Shown: positions 1 through 10,789 of the stretch, one piece after another | Position numbering within the stretch: the stretch's first letter is position 1 | How the letters are laid out: the number at the start of each line of letters is the position of its first letter | Source: Candidatus Latescibacterota bacterium | GTDB taxonomy: Bacteria > Latescibacterota > UBA2968 > GCA-2709665 | DNA: 64,000 bases | NCBI GenBank assembly: GCA_965222075.1 | Contig: OZ244937.1 | Coordinates: forward strand, 2,784,001 to 2,848,000 | Reading direction: 5' to 3' | Translations under genes and position numbers: made by a program | The notes under the pieces: model-generated | Databases searched by the model: none | Seen by the model: only the letters and a program-made list of their open reading frames with translations | Told to the model about the DNA's origin: nothing

Positions 1-3
1 TGC

Positions 4-618
4 ATGCCCCCCTGGCAGCACTTCAAAAACATCTGCTACCACATCCGAACCGCCGACACCCTCGGCTTCCACGCGGCCATCTTCCTTACCGGCCACTACG
101 GCCCCAACTGGCAGGACCTCAAAACCCTCTGCGACCTGGTCCAGCCCCACGTGGGCACCCGGCTCTACAGCCTGCCCGACCACGAGGCCAACCAGCCCGG
201 CTTCGACAGCGACGGCAAAAGCGGCGGAGACCACGCGGGCAAGGTCGAAACCTCGCTCCTCTGGGCGCTCCACCCCGAATGCGTGGACCTCTCCCGCCTC
301 CCCCCCCAGGAGGAGCCCGGCCCCCACTTTGCCATGGGCCCCACCGTCCGCCTGTCCAACCGCAAAACGGGCGAACGTATGGTTGCCGACGAAGTCCGTT
401 GGCTGGGCGCCAAGGCGCAGGAACGCTTAACCGCCTACGACCGGGAAAAGCCCGAGCACAAACTCCGTACCTTTGAAGACGTCGAGACCCTGTGGGAAAA
501 AGTCGTACACCCCGCGCTAAAAGACTTCCAGACCATGCAGGACGCCTGGCAGGACGGCGAATCCCTGCCCGAAACCTCGGTCTGGTACCCCAACTGGCGT
601 ATCCCCGACCGGGGGTAG
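4..618 (+). CDS. Creatininase/creatinine amidohydrolase family protein, 5'-truncated by the window edge
   Basis: Motifs TGHYGPN and GGDHAGKVETS match creatininase metal-binding motifs. Confidence 0.75.
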   Translation: MPPWQHFKNICYHIRTADTLGFHAAIFLTGHYGPNWQDLKTLCDLVQPHVGTRLYSLPDHEANQPGFDSDGKSGGDHAGKVETSLLWALHPECVDLSRLPPQEEPGPHFAMGPTVRLSNRKTGERMVADEVRWLGAKAQERLTAYDREKPEHKLRTFEDVETLWEKVVHPALKDFQTMQDAWQDGESLPETSVWYPNWRIPDRG

Positions 619-719
619 CTGTGGACCTTCCGGAGATTTGATGAGAAAACAAATTTCCGATAATCTCATCAGAAGAAAACCGGCTTTTGCCTTTTCTTCC
701 GGATTCCGACTTCTGTTAT

Positions 720-1106
720 TCAGGCGTCCGGGCGTTCCAGCAGCTCAATCTCATACCCATCCGGATCGTCCACAAACGCCATCTTCCGCCCGGACACGAA
801 CGTTTCGCGCCACCCGTCCGGCCAGATCTCGATGCCCTTCTTCTCCAATTCGTCGCATTTTGCAATCAGGTCTGGAACCCCGACCGCAAAATGCATCAGA
901 TCTTCCGGTACGTTGAGATCGTACTCATCAGAATAGGTCAACTCCAGCGTATGTGCGCTCCCCGGCATCTCTAAGTTCACAATCTGGTTCCCGGCCGGGG
1001 ACTTGTCCGACCTGCTTTTCACTTGAAATCCGAAGTTTTCGCAATAAAACCGGGCCGACCGGTCCAGACTGCTCACCCGGATGCGGGTATGCAGAAAAAC
1101 AGGCAT
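720..1106 (-). CDS. VOC/glyoxalase (lactoylglutathione lyase-like) protein
   Basis: FLHTRIRV..RFY, LELTY, HFAVGV and FVDDPDGYEIEL motifs; RBS AAAGGAG upstream. Confidence 0.85.
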   Translation of the reverse strand: MPVFLHTRIRVSSLDRSARFYCENFGFQVKSRSDKSPAGNQIVNLEMPGSAHTLELTYSDEYDLNVPEDLMHFAVGVPDLIAKCDELEKKGIEIWPDGWRETFVSGRKMAFVDDPDGYEIELLERPDA

Positions 1107-1286
1107 AACGTGCTCCTTTCTCTGTTAACCGTAGAAATAGGATCTCTCTTCGGTCTCAAAGATACACGCTAAGATGACAAACACAAACAGAAAAAACGCT
1201 CGGGGTACACCTGCCTGGACAAATGCAGGAATCGCGCCGGATCTCAGAAAGCGTTTGACAAACGAGCTTTTGAAAAGGAACTTACA

Positions 1287-2075
1287 ATGGAAAAGACCCT
1301 GCTCAAAATCCAGGACCTCACCTGTGGCTACGGCGGGCAGCCGGTGCTCCGGGAAGTCACCTTCGACCTCTGCACCGGCGACTTTGTGGGCGTGATCGGC
1401 CCCAACGGTTGTGGCAAGAGTACCCTCATCCGGGCCCTCACCGGTATCCTCAAACCCGCCGCGGGTCAGGTCCGCTTGAAGGGCCGGAAAATCGGTGCCT
1501 TCTCCCGCCGGGAGGTCGCCCGACAGGTCGCCGTCATCCCTCAGGACACGGCCCTCCTCTTCGAATTTTCGGTCCTCGAAATGGTGCTGATGGGCCGCAC
1601 CCCCCACCTGAGACGCCTGCAACGTTCCGGAGAAAGGGATCTTGACCTGGCAGAGGAAGCCCTGCGGCAGACCGATATGCTCCACCTGAAAGACCGGAAG
1701 GTGACCGAGCTCTCCGGCGGAGAACGCCAGCGCGCCGTCATTGCCCGCGCCCTGGCTCAGGAACCGCCCCTTCTCCTCCTGGACGAGCCCGACAGCCACT
1801 TAGACATCGGCCATCAGATCGAAATCTTCGGTCTTCTTCAGGACCTCAACCGCACCCGGAGCCTCACCCTCCTGTGCGTTTCCCACGACCTCAACCTCGC
1901 CTCGACCTACTGCAGGCGGCTGATGCTGATGCAGGCCGGGCGCCTCGTAGCCACCGGCCCCCCGGAGGAAATCATCACCCCCGAACACATCCGGGCCGTC
2001 TACGGCGTCAACGCCGTTGTACAGCCCAGCCCGGTCAATGGCACCCCCCAGATCACGCCCTACACTCAGAATTGA
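1287..2075 (+). CDS. Cobalamin/iron-siderophore ABC transporter ATP-binding subunit
   Basis: Walker A GPNGCGKST, signature LSGGERQR, Walker B LLLDEP, SHDLN. Confidence 0.92.
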   Translation: MEKTLLKIQDLTCGYGGQPVLREVTFDLCTGDFVGVIGPNGCGKSTLIRALTGILKPAAGQVRLKGRKIGAFSRREVARQVAVIPQDTALLFEFSVLEMVLMGRTPHLRRLQRSGERDLDLAEEALRQTDMLHLKDRKVTELSGGERQRAVIARALAQEPPLLLLDEPDSHLDIGHQIEIFGLLQDLNRTRSLTLLCVSHDLNLASTYCRRLMLMQAGRLVATGPPEEIITPEHIRAVYGVNAVVQPSPVNGTPQITPYTQN

Positions 2076-2138
2076 AAATTGCCAGGATTGACCTTATCTT
2101 CAAACAGCAATCTTCAATTTCCAAGAAAGGATCTCCTA

Positions 2139-3047
2139 TTGAAACCCTTGCCCCACCTCGTCCTGTCCATCCTCCTCCTCTTTGTTACACCATCCCAGGC
2201 GCAGGACTTTCCCCTCAAGCTCGCCGACGCCCTGGGCGACACCCTTACCCTCCACGCCTATCCGAAGCGCATCATCTCTCTGGCCCCCAGCAACACCGAA
2301 CTCCTCTTCGCCGTGGGCGCCGGCAGCCGGGTCGTGGGCGTCACAGACTACTGCAACTACCCCCCCCAGGCGGCTTGGAAACCCAAAATCGGCGGGTTTT
2401 CGGACGCTAGCCTGGAATTGATCGTCTCCAAGCAGCCCGATCTTGTTCTGGGCGCGCGTTTCAATCCCCAAGAAAGCCTGGATGGACTCCGGCGGTTTAA
2501 CATACCGGTCTTTGTACTGGCCCCATCGACCGTGGATGAAACCCTCTCTGCCCTCCTGCAGGTCGGGCGGATCACAGGCCAGGACGAGGCCGCCGCCCGC
2601 TTAGAGGCCGCCCTGGTGGTCCGGGTGCAGGCTATTAAAGAGGCCGTGGATGAAATCCCGGTACACGCCCGGCCCCGGGTCCTCTGGGGAAAGCTGAGCG
2701 CTCCGATGTACACAGCCGGTCCCGGCAGCTTTATCGACGACCTTATCCGCCTGGCCGGGGGGGGAAGCATCGTGCACGACGCGAGCGCAAACTGGCCCCG
2801 GGTGGGGCTGGAAACCATCGTGGACAGAAACCCCCAGGTCATCGTGGTTTCCAGCACACCCCCCCCAAAAATAGGGGAAGCCCTCAACCGGCTCCGGAAG
2901 ACGCCCGGATGGAAAAAAATCGACGCCGTGATCAGCGGCCGCATCTACCACATCAACCTGGACCTCCTGGGACGCCCGGGCCCCCGGCTGGTTGACGGCC
3001 TGGAACGTCTGGCGCACGCCTTCCATCCCGATCGGTTCCCCCAATGA
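2139..3047 (+). CDS. Cobalamin/iron ABC transporter substrate-binding protein (BtuF-like)
   Basis: RIISLAPSNTELLFAVG, VGVTDYCNYP and RPGPRLVDGLE motifs; signal peptide; TTG start chosen after GAAAGGA. Confidence 0.88.
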   Translation: MKPLPHLVLSILLLFVTPSQAQDFPLKLADALGDTLTLHAYPKRIISLAPSNTELLFAVGAGSRVVGVTDYCNYPPQAAWKPKIGGFSDASLELIVSKQPDLVLGARFNPQESLDGLRRFNIPVFVLAPSTVDETLSALLQVGRITGQDEAAARLEAALVVRVQAIKEAVDEIPVHARPRVLWGKLSAPMYTAGPGSFIDDLIRLAGGGSIVHDASANWPRVGLETIVDRNPQVIVVSSTPPPKIGEALNRLRKTPGWKKIDAVISGRIYHINLDLLGRPGPRLVDGLERLAHAFHPDRFPQ

Positions 3048-4057
3048 GCGCCCGATGGCGGAAACCCGGCCTGCTGGTCCCTCCTCTCTGCCTCCTGCTC
3101 CTGGGATCGGGGATCGTTTCCCTGGGCATCGGGACCGCGCGCATCCCCCCGCACGATGTGCTAAGCGTTTTGATCGGAAAACCGGTTCAGGGGCCGGCCG
3201 AGGCCATCGTGCGGGACATCCGCCTTCCCCGCCTGATCCTGGCCGTGCTGGTCGGCGCGGCCCTGGCCGTTGCCGGAACGGCAATGCAGGGATTCTTTCA
3301 AAACCCCATGGCCGATCCTTACGTCGTGGGAGTCTCTTCGGGCGCGGCCCTGGGGGCCACCCTGGGGATGGTCCTCCACATCGACTTCTGGATCGCCGGC
3401 CTCAGCGCAACCCCCGTCTTCGCCTTTGCCGGAGCGCTGGGCACCACCTTCCTGGTCTACGCCCTCTCCCTGCGGGGTGGGCGTGTGCCCGTGGGGCTCC
3501 TCCTCCTCATCGGCGTTGCCGTGGGTGCCCTGGCGGCCGCAGCCACTTCCTTCCTGATGATCATCGGGGACAAAGACCTCCGCCTGATCCTCTTCTGGCT
3601 CCTGGGCAGCCTCTCGTCCAGGCGGTGGGACCACGTCCAGATGATCCTCCCCTACGTCATTTTGGGAATCACCCTCATCTGGGCCTATGCCCGGGACCTC
3701 AACCTCTTTCTCCTGGGCGAAGAGACCGCCCAGCATACCGGCGTGGAGGTTGAACAGGTCAAACGAATCGTGCTGAGCGCCGCCGCCCTGCTGGCCGCCG
3801 CCGCCGTTTCCGTCAGCGGCATTATCGGCTTCGTCGGCCTCATCGTACCCCACCTGATGCGTCTCATCGTGGGTCCCGATCACCGCCGGCTCATCCCCAT
3901 CTCCGCCCTGTCGGGCGCCCTCCTGATGGTCCAGGCCGATGTGCTCGCCCGCACCCTCGCCGCACCTTCCGAAATCCCCATCGGCATTATCACTTCGGCG
4001 CTGGGATGCCCCTTCTTCCTCCTCCTCATCGCCCGCCGGAAAGACATCGTGTTTTAG
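3044..4057 (+). CDS. FecCD/BtuC family ABC transporter permease
   Basis: IRLPR, NPMADPYVVGVSSGA and GIIGFVGLIVPH motifs; multiple TM segments. Confidence 0.92.
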   Translation: MSARWRKPGLLVPPLCLLLLGSGIVSLGIGTARIPPHDVLSVLIGKPVQGPAEAIVRDIRLPRLILAVLVGAALAVAGTAMQGFFQNPMADPYVVGVSSGAALGATLGMVLHIDFWIAGLSATPVFAFAGALGTTFLVYALSLRGGRVPVGLLLLIGVAVGALAAAATSFLMIIGDKDLRLILFWLLGSLSSRRWDHVQMILPYVILGITLIWAYARDLNLFLLGEETAQHTGVEVEQVKRIVLSAAALLAAAAVSVSGIIGFVGLIVPHLMRLIVGPDHRRLIPISALSGALLMVQADVLARTLAAPSEIPIGIITSALGCPFFLLLIARRKDIVF

Positions 4058-4132
4058 ACCACACGGATGGAACCCCAAAAATAAAAAAGACAGCCAAAAA
4101 GCTGTCGTCCGTGGTCTATCGTCCGTCGTCGC

Positions 4133-4624
4133 TTAAACGGTGAGAGGTTCAGCAGGGGTTTCTCTGGGAGGATTGGCCGAAGATTTGGAACGTTGAGGCT
4201 CAACCCCCAGGGCCTGGCGGACCTGGCGAACCCCCTGGCGGTAGTAGCTTTGAACAGTGCTCTTTGAGATCGAAAGAATCAGCGCGATCTCCGACATGGA
4301 CTTGCCCTGAGAACGGAGGAGCAGCACCTCGTATTTTCGGCCGGTTACGGCAGTTTCAATCACCTCCTTCACCCGGTCCAGGGAGTCGGCATTCGGACCA
4401 TTCCGGACAAAATGGGGGGATTGCAGGACGTTCTGGCAGATAAAAGACAGAACGATCGTTTCAGTGGAGGGATAACACTGCTCCCGAACGGTATCGTAAC
4501 GTGGCCAAGCCATGTCTAATTGATTCTCCCAGAAAGAGATAACCCTGGTTAAGCGGAAACGCAGGTCCGTTAAACCCTTGATGAATTTAGCATTTTCTAC
4601 GGTTTCAAGCAAGGGAAAACTCAT
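4133..4624 (-). CDS. Small LuxR/sigma-70 region 4 HTH protein (start uncertain)
   Basis: C-terminal TGRKYEVLLLRSQGKSMSEIALILSISKSTVQSY HTH pattern. Confidence 0.55.
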   Translation of the reverse strand: MSFPLLETVENAKFIKGLTDLRFRLTRVISFWENQLDMAWPRYDTVREQCYPSTETIVLSFICQNVLQSPHFVRNGPNADSLDRVKEVIETAVTGRKYEVLLLRSQGKSMSEIALILSISKSTVQSYYRQGVRQVRQALGVEPQRSKSSANPPRETPAEPLTV

Positions 4625-4863
4625 CCAGCAGGTCCAGCTGATCCAAGGGGTTGCCCACGCAACCCCAGGTCTTCCACAAGCCGGAGCGCCCGCCGGGAAA
4701 TGTCACGGCCTCCGTCTGCCTCTGGTATTTTTCCGGAAATTTGGCTATATTATAAATATGATTGGACGCTCCACCTGTGCTGTTGTTACTCCCCTGAACC
4801 GTTCTTGAATCCCAGCACAAACGACCAAACTGCTGCCCCTGAAATCCCCCATAGGAGGTCGGC

Positions 4864-7065
4864 GTGGCGACGCCAACAGACGTGTCCAAATCTCCTCCGG
4901 ACGCCGAGGCCATCATCGCCCGGGAATCGAATTACCCCAAACTCCAGGACCTGCTCCAAAAAGCCCTCCAGGTCCGCCCCACCCACGACATTGAACTGAT
5001 ATCAAAAGCCTACCACTGTGCCGAACTGGCCCACAGGAACCAGTACCGGAAATCGGGCCAGCTCACCATCCATCACGCTACGGAAGTCGCGCAAATCCTC
5101 ATCGACCTGAGCTTAGACACCACCACGATTGCCGCGGGCCTGCTCCACGATGTGGTCGAAGACACCGGCATTCCGCTCTCCCGGATCAACGCGGAGTTCG
5201 GGGATAAAATCGCCGGGCTTGTGGACGGGGTCACCAAGATCAAGGACCTCACCTTCCAGACCCCCGCAGCCGAACAGGCCGAAAACTTCCGCAAGATGCT
5301 CCTCTCCATGGCCCAGGATATCCGGGTGGTCCTCGTCAAGTTCGCCGACCGGCTCCACAACCTGCGCACGCTCAAATACCTCAAACCGGAAATCCGCCGC
5401 CAGATGGCCTTAGAAAGCCGGGACATCTACGCCCCCCTTGCCCACCGGCTCGGAATGGCCCGCATCCGTTCCGAACTGGAAGACCTCAGCCTGAAATGGC
5501 TGGAGCCGGAAGCCTACCGCGACATCCAGAAAAAGATCAACCTGACCCGGAAAGAGCGGGAGGCTTACATCGAGCAGGTCCACGCCTCCCTGCAGGGGGC
5601 GCTTCAAAAAGGCGGCATCCAGGCCGACATCAAGGGCCGCCCCAAAAACTTCCACAGCGTTTACCGAAAGATCGCCACCCAGGGCAAAGCTTTTGAGGAG
5701 ATCTTCGACCTCCTGGCCATCCGCATCCTGGTCAATACCGTGCCCGAGTGTTACAACGCCCTCGGCCTGGTCCACGCCATGTACACACCGGCCATGGCCC
5801 GGTTCAAGGACTTCATCGCCACCCCCAAGAGCAACATGTACCAGTCGCTGCACACCACCGTCGTCGGTCCCGGGGGGGTAATGGTGGAGATCCAGATCCG
5901 GACCTGGGAGATGCACCAGACCGCCGAAGTCGGCATCGCGGCCCACTGGCGCTACAAAGAGGGGAAACGCGGCCCCTCGGACCTGGACCGGCACATGGCC
6001 TGGCTGCGCAGCCTCTTAGAGTGGCAGCGGGAAACCACAGACCCGCACGAATTCATGGAAGAGTTGAAGATCGACCTCTTTCCCAACGAAATCTACGTCT
6101 TCACCCCCAGGGGCGACCTCATCCAGCTCCCCGAAGGCGCCACTCCGATCGACTTCGCCTTTGCGGTGCACACCGATGTGGGCTTCCACTGCATGGGCGC
6201 CAGAGTCGACGGCCAGATGGTCCCCCTCTCCACCCCCCTGCAAACCGGCAAAACCGTGGAAGTGATCACCTCCCCGCACCAGCATCCCAGCCGGGACTGG
6301 CTCACCTATGTCAAAAGCACCAAGGCCCGCAGCCGCATCCGGCGCTGGCTGAAAGATGAAGAACACGCGCACAGCGTCCGGCTCGGCCAGGAAATCCTGG
6401 AGCGCGAACTCAAACGGCGCAGAAAACGGGCCGCGGACAAAAAGCTTGAGGAAGTCGCAGCCGACTTTGGCGTCACCGACGTCGAACACCTCTATGCGGG
6501 CATGGGAAACGGCGATTTCTCATTAAACAGGGTCATCCACAAACTCTTCCCCACCGCCCGCCCCACACCCAAGAAAACCCGCCCGGAGCCCCCGCGCAGG
6601 CGCGGGAAGAGTCCCCTCAAAATCCAGGGCCTGAACAACCTGATGATCCACTTTGCCCGCTGCTGCCGTCCCATCTCCGGAGATTCGATCTTAGGCGTCA
6701 TCACCCGGGGCCAGGGGGTGTCGGTGCACCGCAGGGACTGTCCCAATATCCTCGCTCTCACTCAAGACCCGGAACGCATCCTGGAACTGGACTGGGACGT
6801 CGAAGAAGAAGAGACCTTTGTCGTCCGCATCCAGGTCATCGGCACCGACCGTCCCAATTTCCTGCGCGACGTCACCCAGGCCATTGCCGACCGGGGGGTT
6901 CCGATCGTCGGCGGCGAACTCACGACCGCGCACGGACAGGTTGGCGACCGGTTTCTGGTCGAGGTAAAAGACAGGCACCAGCTCAACGCACTCTTCAAAA
7001 AGATTTTGGCAGTGTCGGACGTTGCCGACGTGCAGCGGGTGGACGAGGCGGAAGAGGAAGAATGA
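4864..7065 (+). CDS. rel: Bifunctional (p)ppGpp synthetase/hydrolase, long RSH
   Basis: HD motif LLHDVVEDT, synthetase YQSLHT/EIQIRT, TGS (TPIDFAFAVHT), ZFD CCRP..HRRDC, ACT domain. Confidence 0.95.
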   Translation: MATPTDVSKSPPDAEAIIARESNYPKLQDLLQKALQVRPTHDIELISKAYHCAELAHRNQYRKSGQLTIHHATEVAQILIDLSLDTTTIAAGLLHDVVEDTGIPLSRINAEFGDKIAGLVDGVTKIKDLTFQTPAAEQAENFRKMLLSMAQDIRVVLVKFADRLHNLRTLKYLKPEIRRQMALESRDIYAPLAHRLGMARIRSELEDLSLKWLEPEAYRDIQKKINLTRKEREAYIEQVHASLQGALQKGGIQADIKGRPKNFHSVYRKIATQGKAFEEIFDLLAIRILVNTVPECYNALGLVHAMYTPAMARFKDFIATPKSNMYQSLHTTVVGPGGVMVEIQIRTWEMHQTAEVGIAAHWRYKEGKRGPSDLDRHMAWLRSLLEWQRETTDPHEFMEELKIDLFPNEIYVFTPRGDLIQLPEGATPIDFAFAVHTDVGFHCMGARVDGQMVPLSTPLQTGKTVEVITSPHQHPSRDWLTYVKSTKARSRIRRWLKDEEHAHSVRLGQEILERELKRRRKRAADKKLEEVAADFGVTDVEHLYAGMGNGDFSLNRVIHKLFPTARPTPKKTRPEPPRRRGKSPLKIQGLNNLMIHFARCCRPISGDSILGVITRGQGVSVHRRDCPNILALTQDPERILELDWDVEEEETFVVRIQVIGTDRPNFLRDVTQAIADRGVPIVGGELTTAHGQVGDRFLVEVKDRHQLNALFKKILAVSDVADVQRVDEAEEEE

Positions 7066-7191
7066 AAATTCGTGAAATGTAGAATCGCTCGCGTTCTACC
7101 CCCCTTCCACGGCGTATTGCAAACGCAGCCGATTTTCCGGGCCGGGTGCACAAAGAGCCCGGCTTATCACCAGACTTTGCGTACGCTACCT

Positions 7192-9858
7192 CTACACCCC
7201 ACCCTCGGCCCTGGAAGCCTCCGACGATTCCACCTGCCGCTTCAGCGCCTCTAACTTCGTCAGCGCCTCCAGCGGCGTCGTGCGCTCGATATCCACCCCG
7301 CGCAGTTCGTTCAAAACCGGATGCTCCGGTGGCGCTGGGGCCTGCTTTGGAACGAAAAGGGAGATCTGCTCCTCGTCCGTCAGCCCCTTCCGCTTCCGGG
7401 ATAGCCGCACTGCGGACCGGGTTAGCGTCAGGTCGTTCTGCTCCAGCCGCCCCAGTACCTCTTTTGCGCGCGCAATCAGCTCCGGGGGCATCCCGGCCAG
7501 CTGGGCCACCTCGATGCCGTAGCTGTGGTCGCATCCCCCGGGCACCAGCCGGTACAGGAAAACGACCGTATCTCTCGTCTTCCGAACGGACACGCTGTAG
7601 TTCTTAACCCGGGGCAACATCTCCTCCAGCTCCGTCAACTCGTGGTAGTGGGTTGCAAATAAGGTACGCGGCCGGATGCCTCCTGAATTGTGCAGGTACT
7701 CCGTCATCGCCCAGGCAATGCTGAGGCCGTCGAACGTGCTCGTCCCCCGCCCGATCTCGTCCAAAAGGACCAGGCTCTTAGGCGTCGCATTGTTCAGGAT
7801 ATTGGCCGCCTCGTTCATCTCCACTAAAAATGTGCTCTCCCCCCGCGCTAAGTTGTCCGACGCCCCCACCCGGGTAAAAATCCGGTCCACCGCGCCCACG
7901 CGGGCCGACCGGGCAGGCACAAAGCTGCCCACCTGTGCCAGCAGCACAATCAGCCCCACCTGCCGCAAAACCGTCGACTTCCCGGCCATATTCGGCCCCG
8001 TAACAATCAGGATCTGCTCCTGACCGCCATCCAGGAACACGTCGTTCGGGACGAATTTTCCGCTCGGCAGAAGCCGTTCCACCACCGGATGGCGCCCCTC
8101 CCGGACCTCGATTACCGTGCTCTCGTCCACATCGGGACGGACGTAATCGCTGCCGGCGGCGACCTCCGCTAAGGAGGCCAGCACATCCACCACCCCCACC
8201 GTCTGTGCTGTCCGCTGCACCGGATCCACCCATCCGGCCACTTGCTCCCGCAGCCGGTGAAACAGCTCCTTCTCTAATGCCTTGGCCCGCTCGTCCGCCC
8301 CCAGGATCTTCGCCTCCCACTCCTTCAACGCCGGCGTGATAAACCGCTCGGCATTCACCAGCGTCTGCTTCCGGATATAATCCTCTTCCGGCACCTTGTC
8401 TAAGTTGGCCCTGGTCACCTCAATATAGTACCCGAACGCCTTGTTGTACCCCACCTTCAAAGACGCGATGCCGGTCCGCTCCCGCTCCTTGCTCTGCAGC
8501 TCCGCCACCCAGCTCCGTCCTCCGGAAGCCACATCGCGCAGTTCGTCTAATTCGGCGTGATGGCCAGACCGGATCATTCCCCCCTCGCTCAACACCACCG
8601 GAGGCTCATCTTCAATTGTGCGATCGATCAGGTCGGCCAACTCGCTCAAATCGGGCATTCCCTTATCCCGCGCCCGCCCCAGCAAACCAGCGCCCACTTC
8701 CCCAAGCGCATCCCGCAGGGGCGGCACGGCTCGCAGAGAAAGCTTCAGTCCGACCAAATCCCGGGGATTGGCGCGGCCGCAGCAGATCCTGGACATCAAC
8801 CGCTCTAAGTCTCCCACCCCCCGCAACGCAGACCGCACCGCTTCCCGCAGCGTTGGGGACCAGACCAGCGCGTCCACCGCATCCAGCCTCGCTTCGATCC
8901 GGGAAATATCCAGCAGTGGCTGGGCAAGCCAAGTCCGCAGGGTGCGCGCGCCCAAGGCCGTACACGTGCAGTCCAGCACCGAGAACAGGGAGCCCTCCCG
9001 GCGTCCCTCCTGCAGGGTCGTGACCAGCTCCAGGTTTCGCTGGGTCACCAGATCCAGCGCCATATACGAACCCGTATGCTCGCGGGACAGCCGGGTAATA
9101 TGCGAAATCGCCCCCTTCTGATTCTGCCGGAGGTAGCACAAAAGCCCGCCCGCAGCGCAGATTCCGGTCTTGAGGTCCTCGCAGCCGAACCCCTTCAGCG
9201 AAGACACCTGGAACTGTTCCAGCAGGGCATCGTAGGCGTAGGTATACCCGAAATACCAGTCCTCCTGACGGGTCAGCAGCACGCCCGGCAGGCGCTCCTG
9301 GCACGCCGCCTCGTTGGCCTCCGCCCAGGACTCGGGCGCCAGGATCTCCGCAGGCCCGATCCCCTCCAACGCCTCCCAGAGATCCCCTGCGCCCCGCTCT
9401 AAGGCCCGGAAGGTGCCCGTTGAAAGATCGGTCACGGCCAGCCCCGCCCGATCATCCTCAACATAGACGCCCACCAGGTAGTTGTTCCGCTTCTGATCCA
9501 GCAGATTGTCCGTAAGCGCCGTTCCCGGAGACACCACCTGCACCACCTCCCGGCGCACAATCTGCTTCCCCTTCTGCGGCGGCTCCATCTGTTCGCAGAT
9601 CGCCACCTTCTTCCCCGCCTTGATCAGCCGCGCCAGGTAGGTATCCAGGGCATGGTGGGGAACCCCCGCTAAAGGAATATCCTCGGCCCGGCCGTTGTTG
9701 CGCGCCGTCAGCGTCAGCCCGAGCAGCTGGGACATCTCCACCGCGTCTTCGTAGAATGTCTCATAAAAATCGCCCATCCGAAAGAGCAGAATCGCGTCGG
9801 CGTGCTCCTCCTTAAACCGCATATACTGCTCCATCATCGGAGTCATCTCTCTAACCAT
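7192..9858 (-). CDS. mutS: DNA mismatch repair protein MutS
   Basis: TPMMEQY, FRMGDFYE, TGPNMAGKST, STFLVEM and DEIGRGTST motifs. Confidence 0.98.
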   Translation of the reverse strand: MVREMTPMMEQYMRFKEEHADAILLFRMGDFYETFYEDAVEMSQLLGLTLTARNNGRAEDIPLAGVPHHALDTYLARLIKAGKKVAICEQMEPPQKGKQIVRREVVQVVSPGTALTDNLLDQKRNNYLVGVYVEDDRAGLAVTDLSTGTFRALERGAGDLWEALEGIGPAEILAPESWAEANEAACQERLPGVLLTRQEDWYFGYTYAYDALLEQFQVSSLKGFGCEDLKTGICAAGGLLCYLRQNQKGAISHITRLSREHTGSYMALDLVTQRNLELVTTLQEGRREGSLFSVLDCTCTALGARTLRTWLAQPLLDISRIEARLDAVDALVWSPTLREAVRSALRGVGDLERLMSRICCGRANPRDLVGLKLSLRAVPPLRDALGEVGAGLLGRARDKGMPDLSELADLIDRTIEDEPPVVLSEGGMIRSGHHAELDELRDVASGGRSWVAELQSKERERTGIASLKVGYNKAFGYYIEVTRANLDKVPEEDYIRKQTLVNAERFITPALKEWEAKILGADERAKALEKELFHRLREQVAGWVDPVQRTAQTVGVVDVLASLAEVAAGSDYVRPDVDESTVIEVREGRHPVVERLLPSGKFVPNDVFLDGGQEQILIVTGPNMAGKSTVLRQVGLIVLLAQVGSFVPARSARVGAVDRIFTRVGASDNLARGESTFLVEMNEAANILNNATPKSLVLLDEIGRGTSTFDGLSIAWAMTEYLHNSGGIRPRTLFATHYHELTELEEMLPRVKNYSVSVRKTRDTVVFLYRLVPGGCDHSYGIEVAQLAGMPPELIARAKEVLGRLEQNDLTLTRSAVRLSRKRKGLTDEEQISLFVPKQAPAPPEHPVLNELRGVDIERTTPLEALTKLEALKRQVESSEASRAEGGV

Positions 9859-9862
9859 CGCC

Positions 9863-10789
9863 CTATTCCTCTGCTCGCTTCTTCACCTGGCACGTAAGCT
9901 TTTCTGCCGTTTCAATCTGCTTGCGCGCCGCCTCTGCCGCCTCCCGATCCGCAAAAGGTCCCGTCAGCAGGAGGCGCAGCGCGCTTTCCCCAACGGCCTC
10001 CTCCCGGACCTGCAACCCCGCCTCCACCAAACGCGCGGACAGCCTCCCCAGGTTATCCCTATTCCCGAAAGCCCCCACCTGCACCCAAAAACGGCCCCCT
10101 TTCTGCGTCTCCTCACGCCTGCCTTCGCCGGATGTCCGGCCCACCTGCTTCCTCAACGCCGCAACCCGCTCCAGCATGGCTGCCTTCACCGGCCCTGCAT
10201 CGCCCTCCAGCAGCGCCTCTGCCACCCGCAACGCCTCGGACGCATCCCCCTGCTGCGCCTTTGCCTCCACGATCCCCAGGCGAACGTAGGGCGTAGTCTC
10301 CGAATCCGGAAACCGGCTCAGCGCCTCTTGTAAAGCCACGGAGGCGGAATCGGGCTGCCGCATCACCAGATAGGTCATCCCTATCCTGTAGAGCGCCCGG
10401 GGGGCCAGGGGGCTGTCCGGATAGGACGCCAGAAGCTGCCGGTAGCGGCGCCGGGCCGTCATATAAAGCCCTGCCGGATCCGCATAATCCGCCTCTGCCA
10501 GTTCAAAAAGCGCATCGTCGGCCAGGGCGTGCGCCGGGTGGGCCGCCAGCAGCCGCGCAAAGTAGCCCCGTGATTTCCCCCCCTCAGCCGTCAGCCGTCC
10601 CAGGTAGTAAAGCGCCTCGGCATCCCCCGGCTGGGCCGCCAGCCGCTTGAGAAACGCCGTCCGCGCCTCATCGAAACGACCCGCTTCAAACAGCGCGACC
10701 GGATCTTCTGCCCAAAGTGAACTTCCCTGCAGGGTCAGGACGGCGAAAGCGCACGTCCAGAGTATCGATGATTTAAAGGTCGCCCTCAT
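9863..10789 (-). CDS. Exported TPR + SPOR domain protein
   Basis: Signal peptide, TPR-like helices, C-terminal FWVQVGAF SPOR motif. Confidence 0.8.
   Translation of the reverse strand: MRATFKSSILWTCAFAVLTLQGSSLWAEDPVALFEAGRFDEARTAFLKRLAAQPGDAEALYYLGRLTAEGGKSRGYFARLLAAHPAHALADDALFELAEADYADPAGLYMTARRRYRQLLASYPDSPLAPRALYRIGMTYLVMRQPDSASVALQEALSRFPDSETTPYVRLGIVEAKAQQGDASEALRVAEALLEGDAGPVKAAMLERVAALRKQVGRTSGEGRREETQKGGRFWVQVGAFGNRDNLGRLSARLVEAGLQVREEAVGESALRLLLTGPFADREAAEAARKQIETAEKLTCQVKKRAEE

Noticed and set aside
1107-1286. Cobalamin riboswitch upstream of the Btu-like ABC operon
   Set aside because: No B12-box or conserved core recognised, so the transporter substrate stays uncertain.
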